A stretch of 64,000 nt of DNA, taken from Pseudomonadales bacterium (GTDB taxonomy: Bacteria; Pseudomonadota; Gammaproteobacteria; Pseudomonadales; UBA7434). Location: the NCBI GenBank assembly GCA_965659815.1, contig CBFHXO010000004.1, forward strand, positions 181 to 64,180, given 5' to 3'. The notes beneath the pieces were generated by a model. That model made no database searches and was not told the DNA's origin. It was given only the letters and a program-made list of their open reading frames with translations. The position numbers and the translations under genes are program-made. Below, in pieces: positions 57,825 through 64,000 of the stretch (positions within the stretch are counted from its first letter, which is position 1; each line of letters begins with the position of its first letter).

Positions 57825-60764
57825 ATGCAACAAACAGAGGCCAACGTTACCAGTAACAGCCCTGAGCAAACTAACAGCCCTGAGCGCACTAACAGCCCTG
57901 AGGAAAGTAAAAGCATAAACCCTGCTGCGAACAACCCAGCCGCAGCCCCGCTTAACTCCGACACCATTGATATGACGGCGACGGCACCAGGACAAGTCCG
58001 GGTTATCAAGCGTAATGGCACAGTAGTAACCTACGACCCCAGCAAAATCAGCGTCGCAATTACCAAAGCCTTTTTAGCAGTAGAAGGTGGCACAGCAGCG
58101 GCATCAAGCCGTATTCACGAAACCGTGGCTCAACTCACCGAACAGATCAGCGCAATATTCAAGCGTCGCATGCCATCAGGCGGCACGATTCATATCGAAG
58201 ATATCCAGGATCAGGTAGAGCTGGCCCTGATGCGCAGCGGCGAGCAAAAAGTCGCCCGCGACTATGTCCTGTACCGAGAGCAGCGCGCTCAGCTGCGCGC
58301 CGAGAAACAACAGGCAGCAGCCCTGCCCGAGAGCACAATTAACGTAGTGCTCGACGATGGCAGTAAGCAACCACTCGATATGCAACGGCTTAACACCATT
58401 GTCAACGAAGCCTGCCAGGGCCTTGACGATGTTAGCGCCAGCGAGATTCTTGAAGAAGCACTGAAAAACCTTTACGACGGTGTATCACACAGCGAAGTCA
58501 ATACTTCGCTGGTAATGACCGCACGCACCATGGTCGAAAAAGACCCTAACTACAGCTACGTGACTGCACGCTTGCTGCTCGACACCATTCGCGCCGAAGC
58601 GCTACAGTTTTTAGAAGTTGCCAATGAGGCAACGCAAAGTGAAATGTCGGCCTTATACGGCAAAGCCCTAAGCCAATATATTGCTAAAGGTATCGAGTTT
58701 GAATTGTTGTCACCCGAACTTGCCAGCTATGACCTGGAACAACTGGGCAAGGCGCTAAACGCTGAACGCGATTTGCAATTTAGCTATCTTGGCCTGCAAA
58801 CGCTTTACGACCGCTACTTTATTCATAAAGATGAAGTGCGCTTTGAGCTGCCACAAATCTTCTTTATGCGTGTCGCTATGGGTCTCGCAACGCAAGAAGA
58901 TGATAAAAACGCTCGCGCGATCGAGTTTTATAATCTGCTGTCGTCGTTCGATTATATGAGCTCCACGCCAACCCTGTTTAACTCAGGCACACTGCGCCCG
59001 CAATTATCATCTTGCTATTTAACCACTGTACCCGACAACCTCGACGGTATTTACAGCGCCATTCACGATAATGCCATGCTATCAAAATGGGCTGGCGGCC
59101 TGGGTAATGACTGGACACCAGTGCGAGCATTGGGTGCGTATATCAAAGGCACCAATGGCAAGTCACAAGGTGTGGTACCGTTTTTGAAAGTGGTTAATGA
59201 TACCGCTGTCGCCGTTAACCAAGGTGGCAAACGCAAAGGTGCGGTTTGTGCTTACCTGGAAACCTGGCACCTGGATATAGAGGAATTTTTAGAGCTGCGC
59301 AAAAACACCGGTGACGATCGCCGCCGTACCCACGATATGAATACTGCCAACTGGGTACCTGACTTGTTTATGAAGCGCGTATTCGAAGACAAGCAATGGA
59401 CCTTATTTACGCCAAATGATACGCCAGATTTGCACGACTTGTACGGTGCGGCCTTTGAGGCCCGCTACGAAGAGTACGAGCAAATGGCCGATGAAGGAAA
59501 AATTTCGGTGTTCCGCCGCGTGCAGGCGCAAGACCTATGGCGCAAAATGCTCGGCATGCTGTTTGAAACCGGCCACCCCTGGATCACCTTTAAAGACCCT
59601 TGCAACCTGCGCTCTCCGCAGCAGCACACTGGTGTGGTTCACTCATCTAATCTGTGTACCGAAATTACGCTTAACACCAATAAAGATGAAATTGCCGTGT
59701 GCAACCTGGGCTCGGTTAACCTGCCGCAGCATATAGGCGAAAACGGCCTGGACATCGACAAGCTGAAAAAGACTGTCGACACTGCTGTGCGTATGCTCGA
59801 TAACGTTATTGATATCAACTACTACTCGGTACCGCAGGCACGTACATCCAACCTGCGTCACCGCCCGGTGGGTATGGGCATTATGGGTTTTCAGGACGCC
59901 CTTTATAAACAGCATATTGCCTACGGCTCTGACGATGCGGTTGAATTTGCCGATCGCTCGATGGAAGCGGTTAGCTATTTTGCCATTCGAGCATCCAGCA
60001 ATCTGGCACTGGAGCGCGGCAGCTACTCAAGCTTTGAAGGTTCGCTTTGGAGCAATGGTGTTTTGCCTATCGACTCATTAAAAACGCTGGTAGAGCAACG
60101 CGGCGAAAACTTTATTGAAGTCGATAACAGCCAAACGCTTGATTGGAATGCACTGCGTGAAAAGGTCAAAGCCGATGGCATGCGTAACTCTAATGTTATG
60201 GCCATAGCGCCAACAGCCACCATTGCCAATATTACTGGTGTCTCTCAATCGATCGAACCGACGTATCAAAACCTGTATGTGAAATCGAACTTGTCGGGTG
60301 AATTCACAGTGATTAACCCCTACCTGGTGCGTGACTTAAAAACTCGCAAGCTCTGGGATAGCGTGATGGTTAACGATTTAAAACACTACGAAGGTAGCGT
60401 TCAGCAAATCGACCGCATTCCTGGCGACTTAAAGCAAATTTACGCTACCGCGTTTGAAGTTGAGCCACGCTGGATTGTCGATGCAGCCAGCCGTCGCCAA
60501 AAGTGGATTGACCAGGCCCAGTCACTTAACCTCTATATCAACAATGCCAGCGGCAAAAAACTCGATATTACTTATCGCATGGCCTGGTATCGCGGTTTAA
60601 AGACCACTTACTATCTCCGCTCACTGGCGGCAACCGGCACCGAGAAGTCAACCATTGAGTCGGACAAGCTCAACGCTGTTTCTTCGGGCAATGAACCCGT
60701 GCAGGCTGCACCGGTGCCCAAGGCTTGTTCAATCGATGACCCCGATTGTGAGGCTTGTCAGTAA
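57825..60764 (+). CDS. nrdA: ribonucleoside-diphosphate reductase class Ia alpha subunit
   Basis: 979 aa with duplicated ATP-cone regions. Active-site NLCTEI, and C-terminal Cys pair ...DPDCEACQ. GGAG lies upstream of the ATG. Confidence 0.97.
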   Translation: MQQTEANVTSNSPEQTNSPERTNSPEESKSINPAANNPAAAPLNSDTIDMTATAPGQVRVIKRNGTVVTYDPSKISVAITKAFLAVEGGTAAASSRIHETVAQLTEQISAIFKRRMPSGGTIHIEDIQDQVELALMRSGEQKVARDYVLYREQRAQLRAEKQQAAALPESTINVVLDDGSKQPLDMQRLNTIVNEACQGLDDVSASEILEEALKNLYDGVSHSEVNTSLVMTARTMVEKDPNYSYVTARLLLDTIRAEALQFLEVANEATQSEMSALYGKALSQYIAKGIEFELLSPELASYDLEQLGKALNAERDLQFSYLGLQTLYDRYFIHKDEVRFELPQIFFMRVAMGLATQEDDKNARAIEFYNLLSSFDYMSSTPTLFNSGTLRPQLSSCYLTTVPDNLDGIYSAIHDNAMLSKWAGGLGNDWTPVRALGAYIKGTNGKSQGVVPFLKVVNDTAVAVNQGGKRKGAVCAYLETWHLDIEEFLELRKNTGDDRRRTHDMNTANWVPDLFMKRVFEDKQWTLFTPNDTPDLHDLYGAAFEARYEEYEQMADEGKISVFRRVQAQDLWRKMLGMLFETGHPWITFKDPCNLRSPQQHTGVVHSSNLCTEITLNTNKDEIAVCNLGSVNLPQHIGENGLDIDKLKKTVDTAVRMLDNVIDINYYSVPQARTSNLRHRPVGMGIMGFQDALYKQHIAYGSDDAVEFADRSMEAVSYFAIRASSNLALERGSYSSFEGSLWSNGVLPIDSLKTLVEQRGENFIEVDNSQTLDWNALREKVKADGMRNSNVMAIAPTATIANITGVSQSIEPTYQNLYVKSNLSGEFTVINPYLVRDLKTRKLWDSVMVNDLKHYEGSVQQIDRIPGDLKQIYATAFEVEPRWIVDAASRRQKWIDQAQSLNLYINNASGKKLDITYRMAWYRGLKTTYYLRSLAATGTEKSTIESDKLNAVSSGNEPVQAAPVPKACSIDDPDCEACQ
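57854..57905 (+). repeat. in-frame 18-bp tandem repeat (TAACAGCCCTGAGCRMAC x2.9) encoding NSPEQT-NSPERT-NSPEES at the NrdA N-terminus
   Basis: Read directly from both DNA and translation. Confidence 0.9.
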
Positions 60765-60836
60765 GAGAATAAAAAACGGTTGAAATATTAGTAAACCATA
60801 ACAGCAAATTTATACCAAATAGATAGAGGATACCCC

Positions 60837-62198
60837 ATGATAAGTTGGGATGATTACCAAGAAGAAAGCACCGTAAGTCAAACGCCAGCAGCCAAAGCTG
60901 CCGCTATCGAAGCCAATACCCAACTGCTCGATGCAGCCCAGGCTGATATTGCCGTTAATACTGAAATGACTGAAAAAGTGGTTGATCAAGCCATGCAGGC
61001 TACAGCAACCGATGTAGAAGCACCGACTGCCGCAACACCACCAAACGATACACTTGATCGTGAAGCGCTGAACAAAGAGCCCAATCAAAACGCTGAGGCC
61101 GTTGAAAAAATTGCCGCTGCGGCAGAAGTTGTGGCCAATATGGATATCACACCGGGACTGGAAGAACTTGAAATGGGTGCTCAACGTGTGCAGGTTGACC
61201 AAAAACGCATGATTAACTGCCGCGCCGACCTCAACCAGCTGGTGCCGTTTAAATACGACTGGGCCTGGCAAAAATACCTCGATGGCTGCGCCAACCACTG
61301 GATGCCGCAAGAGGTGAATATGAATGCCGATATCGCGCTATGGAAAAGCGATGACGGTTTAAGTGAAGACGAGCGACTGATTGTCATGCGCTCGCTGGGT
61401 TACTTCTCTACTGCCGACTCACTGGTTGCCAATAACCTGGCGCTGGCGATTTATCGCCTGGTTACCAACCCTGAATGTCGCCAGTATATTTTGCGCCAGG
61501 CCTTTGAGGAAGCGATTCACACTCACGCTTACCAATACTGCATTGAATCGCTGGGCATGGATGAAGGTGAAGTCTTTAATATGTATCGCGAAGTGCCCTC
61601 GGTGGCCAAAAAAGCCTCGTGGAGCTTAAGCCATACCCATGCGCTAAGCGACCCAACCTTTACCACTGGCACCCCCGAAACCGACCAGGAGCTACTACGC
61701 AATCTGGTAGGCTTTTACGCGGTCACCGAAGGTATTTTCTTCTACTGCGGCTTCACCCAAATCCTCTCTATGGGTCGCCGTAATAAAATGACTGGCGTTG
61801 CCGAGCAGTTCCAGTACATTTTGCGTGACGAATCGATGCACCTTAACTTCGGCATTGATGTGATTAACCAGATCAAGTTGTACAACCCCCATCTCTGGAC
61901 CACCGAGTTCCAGGAATAAGTGATTCAAATTATTCTTGAAGGTACGCAAATTGAAATTGAATATGCACGTGACACCATGCCTCGCGGTGTATTGGGCATG
62001 AATGCGCAAATGATGGAAGGCTACTTACAGTTTATTGCCAACCGTCGGCTGGCGCAGCTGGGCTTGCCAGAGCAGTACCCCGGTGCTCAAAACCCCTTCC
62101 CGTGGATGTCTGAAATTATGGATCTGCGCAAAGAAAAGAACTTCTTTGAAACCCGGGTTATCGAGTATCAAACCGGTGGTGCGCTTAGCTGGGATTAA
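60837..62198 (+). pseudogene. nrdB: ribonucleotide reductase class Ia beta subunit (NrdB) interrupted by one in-frame TAA at 61917-61919 (segments 60837-61919 and 61920-62198, same frame)
   Basis: Both segments are in one frame. The N-terminal part holds the di-iron helices ([18 protein letters not shown]). The C-terminal part holds ...FPWMSE...NFFETRVIEYQTGGALSWD, the R1-binding tail. The TAA is followed directly by GTG. Confidence 0.8.
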
Positions 62199-62232
62199 GC
62201 CTTTAGCACTAAATAAGCCCTTAGGCAGAAAT

Positions 62233-62262
62233 AAAAAAGGACAGCCAAAGCTGTCCTTTTTT
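62233..62262. terminator. bidirectional Rho-independent terminator between nrdB and the convergent lipoprotein gene
   Basis: AAAAAA-GGACAGC-caaa-GCTGTCC-TTTTTT. Confidence 0.8.
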
Positions 62263-62287
62263 AATGCCTTGCGAAAAGCCAGACAAT

Positions 62288-62797
62288 CTATTTGAATTTA
62301 ATACCAGTTGACCTTGACACGCTCTCGCCGCCTCCCATCGTATGGGTCAAGCCCGAATTATAAATAAACCAGCCATCCTGAACCCGGTCATAGCTCACAT
62401 TAACTCTAAGATGCATAGTTTCATCGGATTGATACCCAAATACAGACCGAAAAGTAAAGGGCCCTTTACAACTCACAAGAATCAATGAGTTAGTCTGTGA
62501 CAGAATCGAAATCTCATCGCACTGACCATTTTTAAGTCCACGGTAAGATGACGTGACCGTCAACTTGTGCCAACCTTTGGTCGTATCAATCGTTCTTTTC
62601 GCCTGACTCGAAAAATATTGTCTCACATCATCCAGGCTTTCACTTTTTTGTGAGGCTTCCATATAGTCGAGAAACACATCCATACCAGGATGTTGGCGAT
62701 GCTCCTGATTTGCAAATCGAGTATCGACGCTGGCGCAGGATGCCAGCAATAGCGTTACGGCAATCAGCAAACTAAATCTTCGCAAGCAACTAATCAT
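62288..62797 (-). CDS. hypothetical lipoprotein
   Basis: 169 aa with lipobox LLLASC after a signal peptide. I recognise no family. Confidence 0.6.
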   Translation of the reverse strand: MISCLRRFSLLIAVTLLLASCASVDTRFANQEHRQHPGMDVFLDYMEASQKSESLDDVRQYFSSQAKRTIDTTKGWHKLTVTSSYRGLKNGQCDEISILSQTNSLILVSCKGPFTFRSVFGYQSDETMHLRVNVSYDRVQDGWFIYNSGLTHTMGGGESVSRSTGIKFK

Positions 62798-62923
62798 TTT
62801 TACAAGCTCTCTTATTTATCTATTAACAAATCGTTTTTAACACGCGACATTTAACTCTAGTCAACATGGCTGAATCAATCTGGCCGGCTAGCACTGCCTT
62901 GCTGTGCACATGGTACAGCTCCG

Positions 62924-63634
62924 TCACGATACGCCAGCCCTGTTAGGAGCCAAATGCATCGTAATGGGAAACCCTACTCTCTCTGACCCCACAACGGCAG
63001 ACCAACTGACCAGGGAATACTTCACGCCTTTTTCAATGGGCACAGACTCATGAAGGTAAAGGTGATCCGAAGGAAAAAAAACCAGATCGCCAGCCTTGGG
63101 TTGATAAGTATAGTTCAAGTGGCCAAACCTTAGCCCACCACCTTTAAATTTATCGTTAAGATAAACCAGAATACTCACATCACGGTCAAAAACCTTATAC
63201 CACTGCTTATTTTCATTTAACTCTTCACTGTCTGAGTGGCTTTTATACAAACCACCCACGTTATACCGCATTAATTTGGGCGGCTCAAAAAACTCAATCT
63301 GTTGACCAATCACCGGCTCAACGCAGCTGACAATCGCACGGTTAATCCACGCGTTTAAAAGATCCTGATGAGCCCGCATGTCGATTCCGCGAGCGACCCT
63401 AGCAGGGTCGCGCTTTTGCACATTTCTACCTTCAGCTAACGACCGCTCCTCATCTTTTAAAGTCAACCAGTTCGAACGTTGCTGATCGGCTAAGCGGATA
63501 AGTTTTTTACACTCTGTTTTAGAAAATAAACCAGAATAGATATGCAAACCAACAGGCGGTGGCCGGTTGGGAGACGGGTTGCCGCAACACTCAAGAAATG
63601 CTTTTCCACTTCGGCAATAACACGGTCCGCTCAA
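62924..63634 (-). CDS. SEC-C motif protein fused to a prolyl-4-hydroxylase-like 2OG-Fe(II) oxygenase domain
   Basis: 236 aa. N-terminal GPCYCRSGKAFLECCG, H-x-D (HSDSE), a distal His (LYLHES) and a basic residue (KYSLVSW). Confidence 0.72.
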   Translation of the reverse strand: MSGPCYCRSGKAFLECCGNPSPNRPPPVGLHIYSGLFSKTECKKLIRLADQQRSNWLTLKDEERSLAEGRNVQKRDPARVARGIDMRAHQDLLNAWINRAIVSCVEPVIGQQIEFFEPPKLMRYNVGGLYKSHSDSEELNENKQWYKVFDRDVSILVYLNDKFKGGGLRFGHLNYTYQPKAGDLVFFPSDHLYLHESVPIEKGVKYSLVSWSAVVGSERVGFPITMHLAPNRAGVS

Positions 63635-63730
63635 AACTTCGCTCTCTACTTTTTGCCAATTAACTTATTTAGTAAGTTATTTATTCAGTTAGCGATGGGT
63701 GCTTTAACTCCGTTAAACCACCACTATCGA

Positions 63731-64000
63731 CTAACGATAAAAGGTTTTTATGCAGTCACAAATATAGTCGATAGTATTGTCAGTCAATTGCGCTGCCGAT
63801 GGCAACCATACACCCCGCGCACCGACATCGTTAGATACTGTATGCTCGCCCTCAAGCTGGTATGCTGGCTGCTTATTGATGGGTGGGTACATAACCCGCG
63901 TACCAATTTGCTGCTGTTTTAAAAATTGCATAAGTTCGTCGCGCGACTGGGCCATTGCATCGATAAACCAGGGCGTAGTGTTAACTAAATCCTGATCAAA
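63731..64000 (-). CDS. DegT/DnrJ/EryC1/StrS-family sugar aminotransferase, C-terminal part (5' end lies beyond the window)
   Basis: The frame is open to the window edge (FDQDLVNTTPWFIDAMAQSRDELMQFLKQQQIGTRVMYPPINKQPAY...). This is the typical DegT C-terminal pattern. Confidence 0.8.
   Translation of the reverse strand, partial: FDQDLVNTTPWFIDAMAQSRDELMQFLKQQQIGTRVMYPPINKQPAYQLEGEHTVSNDVGARGVWLPSAAQLTDNTIDYICDCIKTFYR

Overview
This window is a 64 kb piece of a gammaproteobacterial chromosome. The gene order resembles Pseudomonas- or Cellvibrionales-type marine gammaproteobacteria, but that taxon assignment is inference only.

Most of the window is conserved housekeeping sequence:
- A minus-strand block rpoE-rseA-rseB-rseC / lepA-lepB-DUF4845-rnc-era-recO (1.8-11 kb).
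- nadB, sdhE-ygfX and ygfZ (11.6-15.5 kb).
- zwf (31-32.5 kb).
- A minus-strand block thrS-infC-rpmI-rplT-pheS-pheT-ihfA-merR (44.5-52.1 kb).
- tRNA-Pro(GGG), grxD, argD-argF, glpK and nrdA-nrdB.

Accessory or poorly characterised parts:
- A secreted, extremely His/Tyr/Arg/Lys-rich protein (16.7 kb).
- A TonB-dependent receptor plus a small outer-membrane beta-barrel protein (19.5-23.1 kb).
- A gene-sparse segment with long AT-rich spacers (23.1-28.6 kb). It holds a small exosortase-family protein, a secreted Cys-paired protein with a PEP-CTERM-like/IPTLxxWG-like C-terminal sorting signal, a putative 2OG-Fe(II) oxygenase and a membrane-anchored unknown protein.
- Two paralogous TPR-sulfotransferases, one with an N-terminal SEC-C zinc motif.
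- A SEC-C-prolyl-4-hydroxylase-like oxygenase.
- A DUF3604 lipoprotein / BASS transporter / patatin group.

The most notable observations:
1. The compact exosortase-plus-single-substrate locus.
2. A single in-frame TAA that splits the otherwise intact nrdB.
3. An unusually high density of perfect 12-18 bp tandem duplications in spacers, 5' leaders and some coding regions. This includes periodic motif arrays directly upstream of argD and glpK.
4. A consensus sigma-E (AlgU-type) promoter upstream of rpoE.
5. A DnaA box plus a tandem NrdR-box pair upstream of nrdA.

I saw no CRISPR array, IS element, integrase or rRNA. All family assignments rest on motifs I recognise by eye and on recalled family knowledge; no searches were run.
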